From the NCBI GenBank assembly GCA_046318155.1, contig JBKCUU010000113.1:1-59198 (forward strand): DNA of 59,198 nucleotides. Direction: 5' to 3'. The position numbers were made by a program, and so were the translations under genes. Position 1 is the first letter of the stretch. The number at the start of each line of letters is the position of its first letter. The stretch comes from Bdellovibrio sp. GTDB lineage: Bacteria; Bdellovibrionota; Bdellovibrionia; Bdellovibrionales; Bdellovibrionaceae. A model generated the notes under the pieces. The model saw nothing but the letters and a program-made list of their open reading frames with translations, did no database searches and was not told where the DNA came from. Shown here piece by piece: positions 8,768 through 19,269 of this stretch.

Positions 8768-10639
8768 ATGGATGAATTGGAACTGGAGTTAAAGGTCGGA
8801 TTTCTCGAAGAGGCTGCGCAGCTTTTGCAAGATGCAGAGCAGTGCTTTTTGCAAATCGAGAGTTCACCTGAGGACGCCGAAACAATCAATCAATTGTTCC
8901 GTCTTGCCCATAATCTCAAAGGCAGTGCAAAGGCGGTAGGATTTTCTGAGCTGGGCGCCTTCACCCATCTTATCGAATCTCTCTTGCTGAAGATCAAAAA
9001 GACCGAAATCAAAGTCAACTCGTCGATCGTGGATTTACTTTTAGCCTGTAAAGATCAACTGCAGGTGATGATAGATGGTCTTAAAGCAGATCTCAATGCC
9101 AGTTTTGATTGCTCAGCTCTTAATCAACGCCTCGAGCTGGCAATGGCAGAAAAAGAAGATAAAAGTGCACAATTTGCTGAAGCGATAGAGGTAGTCGCCG
9201 CCGACCAATCTTCTCCTCAATTTCATGAGCCTGAATTCGCTGAGCAAGAAGAATTGGTCGAAGAAGTCATTCTCGATGTTCCGTCTGGCGATTCGCCAGG
9301 TTTTGAAGAAATTTCTGACGAGGGTCCATTAGAAATGCCAGCAACTCTTGCCGTCGACTCCATCGCACAAGAGACGTCTCTGACGACGAAGCCGGCCGAA
9401 GTAGATACGACCGAGAAATCAAAATCAGTTACCGGGGTTGTTGACGAAAGCATTCGCGTGAGCCTGAACCGCGTGGATCAGCTGATCAATTACGTCGGCG
9501 AAATGGTGATCTTACAGTCTGTCTTGATGGAGCAGTCCTATAAAGGGGATCTCGCAAAGATTCGAAAGACCGTTCACCAATTGGGAAAAATTTCGAAAGA
9601 GCTGCAAGACGTATCGATGAGTTTGCGAATGGTCCCCTTAAAAACAACTTTTCAAAAAATGCAGCGTATTGTTCGCGACACTTCGCAAAGTTTAAACAAG
9701 GTCGTCACTTTGAACTTGCAGGGTGAAGAGACCGAGGTCGAAAAGACCGTTCTTGAGTTGATTGGCGACCCTCTTGTGCACTTGGTTCGAAATGCGGTCG
9801 ATCACGGAATTGACTCTGCCGAGGAGCGGGCCCTGGCTGGCAAAGCCAGCTCTGGCACCGTGACTCTCCGTGCTTACCACCAAGCGGACTCCATTGTTTT
9901 AGAGGTCATCGATGATGGCAAAGGTATTGATGCTGACCGACTGCGTACCAAGGCCGTTGAAAAAGGGATTCTTAAGGCCGGGCAGGTCATCACAGACAAG
10001 CAAGCGATCAATCTTATTTTTCATCCCGGATTCTCGACCAAGCAAGCCGTCAGCGACATCTCGGGTCGGGGAGTGGGCCTTGATGTCGTCAAAACAAATA
10101 TTGAAAAGCTGCAAGGGACAGTCGAGGTTTCGACCGAATTGCACAAGGGTTCAAAGTTTAGGATCCAACTTCCTCTGACTTTGGCAATTATTGATGCCAC
10201 CACTGTAAAACTCAACGACCAGCGTTTTGCCATTCCGATGGCGCAAATTCATGAATCCGTCCAAGTTAAGGAATTAGATATTCACAGCTCTGTTAATATT
10301 GGCGAGATCATTAACTTGCGCGGGGAGAATCTCAAAGTTTTTCGTTTGAATAGTCTCTTGGGAATCAAAGACCAAGGAGCCGCACACCCTCGTATTTTGC
10401 TGGTTTCGCGGATCGATGAAGAGGCGTTCGGCATTCTCGTGCATGACATCTCGTCGATGCAACAAATTGTCGTTAAAAAACTAGGTGCCGAATTAGTCAA
10501 AATGGTTGGGGTAACCGGCAGTGCAATTCTTGGTGACGGAAAGCCCGCTCTGATTCTAGATCTGCCTCGCCTCATCGCAAGACCAATTACTGGTTCAACT
10601 TTGAAATCTGTTTTACCCCCCACAAGGATGGCTACATGA
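8768..10639 (+). CDS. cheA: Chemotaxis histidine kinase CheA
   Basis: Hpt FRLAHNLKG, HLVRNAVDHG, DDGKG, GFST, SGRGVGLDVV, C-terminal CheW domain; start at MDELE. Confidence 0.95.
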   Translation: MDELELELKVGFLEEAAQLLQDAEQCFLQIESSPEDAETINQLFRLAHNLKGSAKAVGFSELGAFTHLIESLLLKIKKTEIKVNSSIVDLLLACKDQLQVMIDGLKADLNASFDCSALNQRLELAMAEKEDKSAQFAEAIEVVAADQSSPQFHEPEFAEQEELVEEVILDVPSGDSPGFEEISDEGPLEMPATLAVDSIAQETSLTTKPAEVDTTEKSKSVTGVVDESIRVSLNRVDQLINYVGEMVILQSVLMEQSYKGDLAKIRKTVHQLGKISKELQDVSMSLRMVPLKTTFQKMQRIVRDTSQSLNKVVTLNLQGEETEVEKTVLELIGDPLVHLVRNAVDHGIDSAEERALAGKASSGTVTLRAYHQADSIVLEVIDDGKGIDADRLRTKAVEKGILKAGQVITDKQAINLIFHPGFSTKQAVSDISGRGVGLDVVKTNIEKLQGTVEVSTELHKGSKFRIQLPLTLAIIDATTVKLNDQRFAIPMAQIHESVQVKELDIHSSVNIGEIINLRGENLKVFRLNSLLGIKDQGAAHPRILLVSRIDEEAFGILVHDISSMQQIVVKKLGAELVKMVGVTGSAILGDGKPALILDLPRLIARPITGSTLKSVLPPTRMAT

Positions 10640-11103
10640 GTAAACTAGAGGACCGCTTTCTTTGTTTTCGCTTGGAAAATGAAGACTATGCAGCTCCGCT
10701 TCTTGAAGTGAAAGAAGTGTTGGGCATTCCTGAAATCACTCCGATTCCGCAAATGCCGAGTTACTTTTTGGGCATTATGAACTTGCGAGGACAAGTGATT
10801 TCGGTCGTTGATCTTCGCTTGAAGTTTGGTCTAAAAGCCAATCGCCTGGGCGAAACCTGCATTATCATCTTTGAATACCCTGCGTTTTCGGTAGGAGTTG
10901 TCGTTGATGAAGTCAAAAGTGTTCTATCACCGCAGGCTGGAGAGCTTTGTGCTCCTCCTGATACGCAAAAGTCTAAAAAGGTCGATTTTGTCACCGGGAT
11001 CATCAACCGCGGCGATCAGATGATCTTGACGATCGACGTGGTTAAAGCCCTCGATCTTAAAAACGAAGCAATTCAAAATAATTTATCGCGAAGAGCAGCT
11101 TAA
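10636..11103 (+). CDS. cheW: Chemotaxis adaptor CheW
   Basis: [28 protein letters not shown]. Confidence 0.95.
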   Translation: MSKLEDRFLCFRLENEDYAAPLLEVKEVLGIPEITPIPQMPSYFLGIMNLRGQVISVVDLRLKFGLKANRLGETCIIIFEYPAFSVGVVVDEVKSVLSPQAGELCAPPDTQKSKKVDFVTGIINRGDQMILTIDVVKALDLKNEAIQNNLSRRAA

Positions 11104-11116
11104 AAGGAGCAGGGAT

Positions 11117-13213
11117 ATGTTCAAAAAATGGTCTTTCAAGACAAAACTACAGGTTGCGATTGGACTCTTGAGTTTCTTGTCACTCGGGGTAGTCGGTCGA
11201 CTTACCTACACGCTAAATCATGACTTAACTCAAAACAAAATTCAACTGCTCGAGCGATCAGCGGAGGCTATTGCAGATAAGGTAGACCGTAATCTGTTTG
11301 AGCGGTATGGAGATGTGCAGGCATTTGCCATGTCTGAACCAGCGCGCAGTGGTGATCCGGCAAGAATCACAAATTTTCTTAGGGACATGATGGGAGCGTA
11401 CGCGCCTGTGTATGACGTCATGATGGTGCTCGACCGTAAAGGAAGCGTCATTGCTATAAATGCTGTCGATAAGAACGGCAAACCTTTAGATCCCAAGAAA
11501 ATGCTTGGCAAGAACTACGCCGACCAAGATTGGTTTAAAGCAGCCGTCGAAGGAAAAATTCCAGTTGGGACAGCCCATTATTCGGATCTGCGCATAGATT
11601 CAGACACCGCTAGTTATGCCTCTACCGACGGTAAAGTCATGATTTTCACCTCCCCAATCCGAGACGAATCGACCGGAGAAATCCTTGGGGTTTGGTCGAA
11701 TCGAATGAGTTGGAAAGACGTCGTTGAGGACATTGTTTTCAAGGAATCTGTCAAGCTCCAGGACGAGCGCATGCCTGTCGTAGCAGCCTATTTGTTATCA
11801 GCCGATAGAACCTATCTTGTAAACAAAGACCCAAGCCAAGTTTTAAAGGGAAAATCTGATTCAGTAGAATCATTTTTATCAAGCAATAAGGACACGGGAA
11901 GTTTGATTCGTGATGACAATGATCAAATCAAAGCTAATGCGATAGAAGCTTTCGCAAAAGCAAAAGGATACATGACGTACCCGAGCCAGCCATGGGTTTA
12001 CAGTCTTCGCGTCCAGGCAACCGATAGCCACGTAACCTTTGCGGTTTTTTCATCGTTGTTTGGATTGTGTATGATTTTAGCAATGGCGGTTCTCTCAATC
12101 GTAGTTGCTGCGCGAACCGCAAATACTTTAGAAAACATAATCGAGCGATTACGAACAGGGTCCAGCGGTGTCTCGAAAACTGCGTCGGATGTGACCAACG
12201 CGGCTTACAGTCTGTCGGAGGCATCAACCCAGCAAGCCTCGGCTCTGCAAGAGACGGCTGCTTCGATCGAAGAAATCAATGCGATGATTAAGAAGAGTTC
12301 GGACAACTCGCGCCGATCGCAAGACTTGTCGGAACAGGCATCTGAGATCGCCAAGCGCGGTAAAGATTCCGTCGAAAAAATGTCCCTGGCGATCAATGAA
12401 ATCAATGTCAGCAACGAAGCAATTCTAACTCAGATCGGCGAGTCGAACAGCCAAATTAGTGAAATTGCGCGTGTCATTGCCGAGATCGGAAACAAGACAA
12501 AAGTCATTAATGACATCGTCTTTCAAACTAAACTTCTGTCCTTCAACGCCTCTGTCGAAGCAGCCCGAGCGGGTGAGCATGGTAAGGGTTTTGCTGTCGT
12601 CGCCGAGGAAGTTGGAAATCTGGCCCAGATGAGTGGAAACGCAGCCAAAGAGATCTCAGAAATGCTCGCAGAAAGCATCAAGAGCGTCGAAGGCATCGTC
12701 GAAAACACAAAACAAAAAGTCGAACGCTTGATTTCTGATGGCCGCCAAAAAGTGCAATCCGGAATCGTAATTGCTGATCAGTGTGGTACTGTTCTTAATG
12801 AAGTTGTCGATAACGTGGCTGAACTCAATACCATGGTGACTGAGATTAGTGTTGCCAGCCAAGAGCAATCTCAGGGGGTCAATGAGATCACGAAAGCCAT
12901 GAATGAGTTAGATCAGACCACTCATGCCAACGCGACAACCTCACAGCATGTGTCTGGATACGCGACAAGCTTGTCCGAAGAATCAAAAGACATGAATGGA
13001 ATCGTGGTCGAACTTTTGGCAGTGGTTCAGGGCGTAGACGACGCGGCGGACCGTGAGCCAAACTCAGCTAAAGCGGGAGCGGGCAACCACAACGTCGTCC
13101 AGTTAAAGTCGAAGCATAAAGAAAACAATCAGGCGCCAGCGGTAAAACTTCTCAAGAAAGCATCAGGCGATTCGATGCCGAATTCCGAAGACCCCCGATT
13201 TAAGGATGTGTAA
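11117..13213 (+). CDS. Methyl-accepting chemotaxis protein with periplasmic Cache-like domain
   Basis: Two TM segments; [30 protein letters not shown] signalling hairpin. Confidence 0.95.
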   Translation: MFKKWSFKTKLQVAIGLLSFLSLGVVGRLTYTLNHDLTQNKIQLLERSAEAIADKVDRNLFERYGDVQAFAMSEPARSGDPARITNFLRDMMGAYAPVYDVMMVLDRKGSVIAINAVDKNGKPLDPKKMLGKNYADQDWFKAAVEGKIPVGTAHYSDLRIDSDTASYASTDGKVMIFTSPIRDESTGEILGVWSNRMSWKDVVEDIVFKESVKLQDERMPVVAAYLLSADRTYLVNKDPSQVLKGKSDSVESFLSSNKDTGSLIRDDNDQIKANAIEAFAKAKGYMTYPSQPWVYSLRVQATDSHVTFAVFSSLFGLCMILAMAVLSIVVAARTANTLENIIERLRTGSSGVSKTASDVTNAAYSLSEASTQQASALQETAASIEEINAMIKKSSDNSRRSQDLSEQASEIAKRGKDSVEKMSLAINEINVSNEAILTQIGESNSQISEIARVIAEIGNKTKVINDIVFQTKLLSFNASVEAARAGEHGKGFAVVAEEVGNLAQMSGNAAKEISEMLAESIKSVEGIVENTKQKVERLISDGRQKVQSGIVIADQCGTVLNEVVDNVAELNTMVTEISVASQEQSQGVNEITKAMNELDQTTHANATTSQHVSGYATSLSEESKDMNGIVVELLAVVQGVDDAADREPNSAKAGAGNHNVVQLKSKHKENNQAPAVKLLKKASGDSMPNSEDPRFKDV

Positions 13214-13215
13214 TT

Positions 13216-15054
13216 TTGAACCACTTGCGAATTAAACTAACCGATGTCCTCCTTGAAGAAGTCGTCAGTGCCGTTTCTCAGCGGACCGGCAATATCATAG
13301 GCCAAAAGCAGATCAAAATGATCGAGTCGCGCTTAACAAAACGCGTGATGTCCTTGGATTTAAAAAGCGAGGCGGAGTATTTAGAATATTTCAGCAAGAA
13401 CCGAGCCTCTGAAATCGAAGAGTTGATTTCAATCTTGACTGTTCATCACACCTATTTTTTTCGAGAATTCGGTCAGTTTGAGTTTTTAGAAAGTGAAGTT
13501 CTGCCACAGTTAATCGCGCAGTGTAAGGATCTAGGCAAAAAAAAGATTCGAGTGTGGTCTGCCGCTTGTAGTCGCGGTCACGAAAGCTATTCGCTTTTTA
13601 TGTTCATCGATCAGTATTTGAAAAAGCACGCTCCCAACTTAAGTGTTGAAATCTTGGGGACAGATGTGGACCGCGAGTCTGTCAAGATCGCGGCCAACGG
13701 TGTGTACCCCTGGGATGAGGTCAAAGAGATTCCCATGGGCTACATCGCACCCTATTGGGTACGGGGCAGTGGAGAGATCGCGCGTTTTGCAAAAATAAAA
13801 GAAGCTGCGCGAAAGGCCTGCACGTTTAAACAAAGCAACTTGATGGAGACCGCCGGCTTTGCAGCTCATGGCCAATTTGATCTTATTTTTTGCCGTAATG
13901 TTTTTATCTACTTTCAGGCTGACGACATTCAACGAATCTCGGAGGCACTCGCGAGCCAGTTGGTTTCTGGAGGTTACTTTTTTGTAGGTCTTTCTGAATC
14001 CTTGAAAGCAAGTCCGCGAGGGTTGAAAAAGCGCGGGCCTTCGATTTATGGCCCAGAAGCCCCAATTGCAAAACCTGTCAGCAAAAGTCTCGTGGCCGCG
14101 GCTCCCAAGCCCGTTCGTGTTTTCTGTGTGGACGATTCGCCCGTGATCTTGAAATTACTGAAGGCTGTTTTGACAACTCAATTTGGTTTTGAAATCGTGG
14201 GAACAGCCGCAAATGGGCAAGAAGCAGCTCAGGCGGTCGAAAAAGGCCTTCAGTTTGATGTGATGACTTTGGACGTTCATATGCCGTTGATGACGGGGGT
14301 CGAATACCTCGAGCAAAAACTGACCCCGAGCCATCCGCCCGTGGTGATGCTGACATCTGCGTCTCGCGACAATATGGACTTGGCTTATCGTGCTATAGAA
14401 CTCGGCGCAAAAGACTACATCGAGAAACCATCACTAGGCGACCTGACAGCCCGAGCTGATGAGATTCGATCAAAGTTGAAACTGATTTCGCAACAAAAAG
14501 AAAAAGCGCCTCTATCGAAAGAGGCCTTGCATGTCGAGAAGACATTTAAAACATCGATGCAAGTTCAGGATTTTTCGAAAAAGCTGAACGTGGTTTTTGC
14601 GACTGAATCAAAATTCGCAGAGCTGATGGGTGTTTTGTCAGACTCGCACTTTGACAGGGTACCATGCGTTATCGTTTCGTTAGACGATGCGGCGGGGCAA
14701 GAAAAGCTATTTGAAAAGTTAAAGTCAAATCGCAGTCTCTCGCACAGGCTAAGTAAGCTTGGTACTCCGATATCAGCGAATAAAATTCAGTATGGTAGTT
14801 TTCAAGATTACTACAAGAACTCTTCGCTTCATTTCGCAGAAATGACGATCTGTTATAGCGTTCTTGCAAATTTGAACCGATCCTCTTGGGCACAGGCGCC
14901 GAAGTCGACGCCAATGCAAATTCTTCTGAGCGAAGACTTGGACCGAAGTGTTTTTTTAAAACACTTGTCCCAAGTCCATGTCTTGCCAACGACCAGTTTC
15001 GCCTACATGTCGAGTGAGTTTTTCGGAAGGATAGCTTTCAAAAAAGTGGGATAG
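13216..15054 (+). CDS. cheR: CheR methyltransferase fused to a receiver domain and an extra C-terminal region
   Basis: TYFFRE, WSAACSRGHESYS, DLIFCRNVFIYF; then VDDS...TLDVHMP...DYIEKP receiver. Confidence 0.85.
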   Translation: MNHLRIKLTDVLLEEVVSAVSQRTGNIIGQKQIKMIESRLTKRVMSLDLKSEAEYLEYFSKNRASEIEELISILTVHHTYFFREFGQFEFLESEVLPQLIAQCKDLGKKKIRVWSAACSRGHESYSLFMFIDQYLKKHAPNLSVEILGTDVDRESVKIAANGVYPWDEVKEIPMGYIAPYWVRGSGEIARFAKIKEAARKACTFKQSNLMETAGFAAHGQFDLIFCRNVFIYFQADDIQRISEALASQLVSGGYFFVGLSESLKASPRGLKKRGPSIYGPEAPIAKPVSKSLVAAAPKPVRVFCVDDSPVILKLLKAVLTTQFGFEIVGTAANGQEAAQAVEKGLQFDVMTLDVHMPLMTGVEYLEQKLTPSHPPVVMLTSASRDNMDLAYRAIELGAKDYIEKPSLGDLTARADEIRSKLKLISQQKEKAPLSKEALHVEKTFKTSMQVQDFSKKLNVVFATESKFAELMGVLSDSHFDRVPCVIVSLDDAAGQEKLFEKLKSNRSLSHRLSKLGTPISANKIQYGSFQDYYKNSSLHFAEMTICYSVLANLNRSSWAQAPKSTPMQILLSEDLDRSVFLKHLSQVHVLPTTSFAYMSSEFFGRIAFKKVG

Positions 15055-15058
15055 CGCC

Positions 15059-16441
15059 ATGCTAAAAATGAACGAAATTGTTCAGGTTGAGCCGGGAGTT
15101 GCTTTATCTGGTAAACTTGAAAGTGAGATCTTGATTTGTCTCCAGTTCGAGCAGAGCTCCAAGATCTATTTTCTTCAAACGGAACTCACCAAGGCTGGTC
15201 GGGAGGCATTAACTCAGCTTTCAGGATTGATCAAAGAGGGTTGTGAGATTCGGATTTTGTGCCGCGACGAACATCGCCAAGCACTCGAACTGTTTTTTGC
15301 CCAAACATCAGCGAATTCGCAAAAAATGACGACTTTTAAGACCCGAAGTGAATGGCGATACGACTCATCAAAAAAATCTTTGAAAGCGCTCGTCGATTCT
15401 AAAATCAGGGTCTTGATTGTCGACGATTCAAAAACTATAAGGAATCTTCTTGAAAAAATCATTTCAGCAGACGCTGGTTTTGAAGTCGTCGGAAGTATCG
15501 AAGATCCTCGCCTCGTCGCAACGGAGCTCGTCAGACTGAAGCCAGACGTCATGACCTTAGATATTCATATGCCCGGTATGACAGGCGTTGATGTGTTGAG
15601 AAAAATTATGCCAGTCACACCTGTGCCTACCGTTATGATTACCTCTGTTGGACTTCAAGATGGTCGAGAGGTCTTGACGGCACTGGAACTCGGAGCCGTT
15701 GATTATATTCAAAAGCCATCCTTTCAGGAACTCAGCGCTGTTGCTCCGATTTTGTTAGAAAAGTTAAAGATCGCCTCTGGCGTTCGAATGCGGTCGCGTC
15801 ATATTAGAGCCAGGCAGTCCACGGCGAATCCGGTCGCATTTTCCGACCTCAGTTACGATCGACGTAAAGTCATTTGCATCGGATCTTCTACCGGGGGAAC
15901 AGAAGCCATTCGTGCTATTTTTCGATCGATGCCGAAACAGTTTCCGCCGATTTTAATCACGCAGCACATTCCAGCACTCTTTTCTTTGGCGTTCGCAGAA
16001 AGCTTGCGACGAGAGTTTGGCTTTAAGGTTTTTGAAGCTACTGACGGACAAGAAGTACTGCCAAATCAGGTGCTGATTGCGCCTGGGGGAACTCAAATGG
16101 AGCTGATGTTGAAAAACGGAGTTCTGAAGGTGCGTGTTTTTGATGGCGAGCCAGTGAATCGCCACAAGCCATCTGTGGATTGCCTGTTTCATTCGGCGGC
16201 TCTGCTTCTTGGTAAGCATGCCGTGGGAGTCATCCTGACCGGGATGGGTACGGATGGCTCGCATGGACTTTTAGATATGCGCAACGCGGGCGCTTTCACA
16301 TTGGCGCAAGACCAAGAAACTTCGACGGTTTACGGCATGCCGCGTGTCGCCTTTGAAATAGGCGCGGTCGTCAAGGTGATGCCCTTGGACCTCATTGCCG
16401 GCGGAATGCTCGAAGCATGCAAGTTGGCTAAAGCGAGTTAG
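15059..16441 (+). CDS. cheB: CheB methylesterase with ~110-aa N-terminal extension
   Basis: REC (VDDS, TLDIHMP) plus GSSTGG, QHIP and GMGTDG catalytic motifs. Confidence 0.92.
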   Translation: MLKMNEIVQVEPGVALSGKLESEILICLQFEQSSKIYFLQTELTKAGREALTQLSGLIKEGCEIRILCRDEHRQALELFFAQTSANSQKMTTFKTRSEWRYDSSKKSLKALVDSKIRVLIVDDSKTIRNLLEKIISADAGFEVVGSIEDPRLVATELVRLKPDVMTLDIHMPGMTGVDVLRKIMPVTPVPTVMITSVGLQDGREVLTALELGAVDYIQKPSFQELSAVAPILLEKLKIASGVRMRSRHIRARQSTANPVAFSDLSYDRRKVICIGSSTGGTEAIRAIFRSMPKQFPPILITQHIPALFSLAFAESLRREFGFKVFEATDGQEVLPNQVLIAPGGTQMELMLKNGVLKVRVFDGEPVNRHKPSVDCLFHSAALLLGKHAVGVILTGMGTDGSHGLLDMRNAGAFTLAQDQETSTVYGMPRVAFEIGAVVKVMPLDLIAGGMLEACKLAKAS

Positions 16442-17156
16442 CCAACTTGGCAGCACCGGCTCTTTGATCCAAACTAAATCTGTAACCAGCACCTGCGATA
16501 CTTTCAATACAGTGAGAGAGTGGTCCCATTTTTTTACGTAAGCCATAGATGTGAGAGTCAATCGTGCGATCCAGAATATGAACATCTTTATCCCACAGCA
16601 CTTTGACAAGCTCGGAGCGCGAAAAAACCTGACCTTCGTTTTGAACCAAGAAGCTCAGAATTTTGAACTCCTTAGATGTTAAGCCAAGATCGTGAAACGT
16701 CTTGTTGGCGCGGCGTGATGCGCGAAGTAATGACGTGTTGATCAAGAGATCACCACGAATTCGGACGTCTGAGCTTGTTCGGCCAGCCTTTTTTAGGCGA
16801 ACTTCCACCCGTGCACGAAGTTCAATCGGATTAATGGGTTTAACAAGATAGTCATCTGCACCAAGACTAAACGCAGTTAACTTCGAGCTCAGTTCTGATT
16901 CACGCGTTAAGAAGAAGACGGGTGTTTCGTAAGACATCCCTGCTGCTCGTAAGGCATCCAAAATTTTGAACCCGTCGCCATCAGCTAAAATGACTTCCAA
17001 AATGACGAGATCGAACTGAGCCCCGCGTGCTTTTATGATGCTCAAGGCCTCCTGATACGAGGAGATGCCAACCAATTCAAAATTTGTATTGGCTAAGGCG
17101 CGTTGGACGACTAAGCGACATTCCTCCGAATCCTCAACGAGCAGTACCTGTTTCAA
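16428..17156 (-). CDS. OmpR-family response regulator with Glu at the phosphoacceptor position
   Basis: VEDS, DLVILEVIL, GADDYLVKP; winged helix RTIDSHIYGLRKK...GAGYRF. Confidence 0.88.
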   Translation of the reverse strand: MKQVLLVEDSEECRLVVQRALANTNFELVGISSYQEALSIIKARGAQFDLVILEVILADGDGFKILDALRAAGMSYETPVFFLTRESELSSKLTAFSLGADDYLVKPINPIELRARVEVRLKKAGRTSSDVRIRGDLLINTSLLRASRRANKTFHDLGLTSKEFKILSFLVQNEGQVFSRSELVKVLWDKDVHILDRTIDSHIYGLRKKMGPLSHCIESIAGAGYRFSLDQRAGAAKLANSL

Positions 17157-17316
17157 TTATCCCCCGAAAATATCGCGTCCAAATAGTCTAATGTGAACCC
17201 TCCGAAAGTGAAAAGGCCAGTCCTGAAACTCTGAACGACACCACAAGTAATAGCTCGGCCTAGGTCATAGAGATGGCAACTCATCTCTGATTCCAAACGC
17301 TTTGTCAGAGCTAGAC

Positions 17317-17333
17317 CATCGAGAAATCTCCAT
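17317..17333 (-). promoter_or_regulatory. Third copy (15/17 match, reverse orientation) of the 17-bp motif, in the regulator/cheY divergent region
   Basis: CATCGAGAAATCTCCAT versus CATGGAGAAATCTTCAT. Confidence 0.5.
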
Positions 17334-17449
17334 GAATCCTTGATCAAAGCTTCATGATCAAGATCTATGCAAAGATGCGCGAAGTCTCGATAATAACAGA
17401 GCAGTTGTCTTTGCTCTTATTTTTGATTTTGAGTGTCCAGGAGGACCCG

Positions 17450-17857
17450 ATGTTCGACCCCGCAACCCGAGTCCTTGTAGTCGACGACATGGGAACCATG
17501 AGAAAAATAGTTTCAAAAATCTGTAAAGAACTTGGTTTCACCGATATAACTGAAGCCGTCAACGGCGCCGATGCGTGGCAAAAAATTTCAGAAGCAAAAG
17601 TACCATTCAATTTGGTGATTTCAGATTGGAACATGCCGCAGTCATCGGGCCTCGATCTCTTAAAAAGGGTCAGATCTGATTCACGATTCGCAGGTACGCC
17701 ATTCGTGATGGTCACCGCAGAAGCGGAGCAAAGCCAAATCGTAGAAGCTCTTCAAGCGAAAGTAAATGGATACATCATCAAGCCCTTTACGACCGATATG
17801 TTGAGGGAGAAGCTGGCCAGTATTTACTCGAAGCTCCAGACCGGAGCCAAAAAATAG
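17450..17857 (+). CDS. cheY: CheY-like single-domain response regulator
   Basis: VVDDMGTMRK, ISDWNMP, VTAEAE, YIIKPF; AGGAGG RBS before MFDP. Confidence 0.9.
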   Translation: MFDPATRVLVVDDMGTMRKIVSKICKELGFTDITEAVNGADAWQKISEAKVPFNLVISDWNMPQSSGLDLLKRVRSDSRFAGTPFVMVTAEAEQSQIVEALQAKVNGYIIKPFTTDMLREKLASIYSKLQTGAKK

Positions 17858-17866
17858 GCAGTAAAG

Positions 17867-19222
17867 ATGTCCATGAAAACGACCCGCCCGCAAATTTTAG
17901 TTCTTGGTGATCCCAACTGTTTTAGGGCAAGGCTCGTCGATATTTCAGCAGTAAGTGATGTGACATATCTAAACTACGGTAGCTTTGAATTGGGTGAAGA
18001 GTTCAAACTCATCCCATCCTTGATTATCTGTGCCGCGCCACCGGCCGAAATTTCGATGACCGAACTGGCTCAGAGTATACGAATGAATTACCTCGAAGAA
18101 CCAGTTTACATTGTTTTAGAGGAAAGAGAAAAGTTCCATCGAACCAACCTCCTGAAAAATGGGTTCACCGACGCTTTCTTGTTTCCGATCGACCGATCCT
18201 TATTTGAAAAGGCAGTAAAGCACGATATCGCGGCCGCTTCTCAAGGAGCCCTCAAAGTCTATCGCAATATCCAGCTTGTAGATATCGAACCCGGGACTAA
18301 GCTGGGATTTGACCTTTATTTGCACCTGCCCGCGAACAATAAGCACTTAAAAATTGTCGCGGCACAGGACTCAATGAACGCCGAAAAAGTTGAAAAACTT
18401 CTTAAAAATCAAATCAACTCGGCCGCCGTTGCAGAGAGCCAAATAGGGGATTTTTATAAGTACAGTGCCGAACGCCTCAAGGCCCTCGGAAAAAAGGACA
18501 CTGTATCTGAAACTGAAAAGCAGGAACAGCGAGAAAAGGCTGTCCGGACACTCTTATCAGGAATTTTTGGACAAAGCTTAGATGTTGAAACGATCGATGG
18601 TGGCCGTGGTCTCATGAAAGACTGCAATGAGATTGTAAAAGCCTACATTGGTGACGGAAATGACAATAGTTGGTATGAAAGGTTTTTAAAAATTTCGATC
18701 TCGGCAGGATCGAGTTACAGCCATGCAGAAAATACCGCCGGACTCGCCTGTATGTTGGCGATTGGCATGGGCTTAAAAGATATTGAAGATATTGGTTTGG
18801 CAGGACTGCTTCATGACATCGGAGTTTCAGACCTACCGCCCGAGGTCTCAGGAAAAAGTGAGGCAGAGCGCAGTCTCGAGGAGCAAGCCATCTACCAAAA
18901 GCACCCAGAAAAATCTATTGACCTCATTAAGAGCAAGAAAATGATTGTGTCAGAAAAAGTAATCAAAATTATTCTTCAACATCATGAGCGATTTGATGGC
19001 AAGGGTTACCCCAATGGCCTCAGTGGTGCCAGGATATGTGCAGAGGCCCAAATCCTGCAAATTGCAGACAAGATCGCGAAAATAATCGAGGTCACTCCAG
19101 GGCGATCTAAAATTGGAACTCGCGAGGCGGCTTTAAAGATTCTCGAAGACAATGACCCCGTGTCGGGTCGGGCGATGGTTTCTCATGAAATTGCGACAAA
19201 AATTAAGTCACTTCTGCTGTAG
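17867..19222 (+). CDS. HD-GYP domain c-di-GMP phosphodiesterase-like protein
   Basis: LLHDIG, HHERFDGKGYP, IAD. Confidence 0.85.
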   Translation: MSMKTTRPQILVLGDPNCFRARLVDISAVSDVTYLNYGSFELGEEFKLIPSLIICAAPPAEISMTELAQSIRMNYLEEPVYIVLEEREKFHRTNLLKNGFTDAFLFPIDRSLFEKAVKHDIAAASQGALKVYRNIQLVDIEPGTKLGFDLYLHLPANNKHLKIVAAQDSMNAEKVEKLLKNQINSAAVAESQIGDFYKYSAERLKALGKKDTVSETEKQEQREKAVRTLLSGIFGQSLDVETIDGGRGLMKDCNEIVKAYIGDGNDNSWYERFLKISISAGSSYSHAENTAGLACMLAIGMGLKDIEDIGLAGLLHDIGVSDLPPEVSGKSEAERSLEEQAIYQKHPEKSIDLIKSKKMIVSEKVIKIILQHHERFDGKGYPNGLSGARICAEAQILQIADKIAKIIEVTPGRSKIGTREAALKILEDNDPVSGRAMVSHEIATKIKSLLL

Positions 19223-19269
19223 AAGTGGGAGGGGCCAGGTCTCCAAAGGACCCGTCATGGGCGCAGGCG

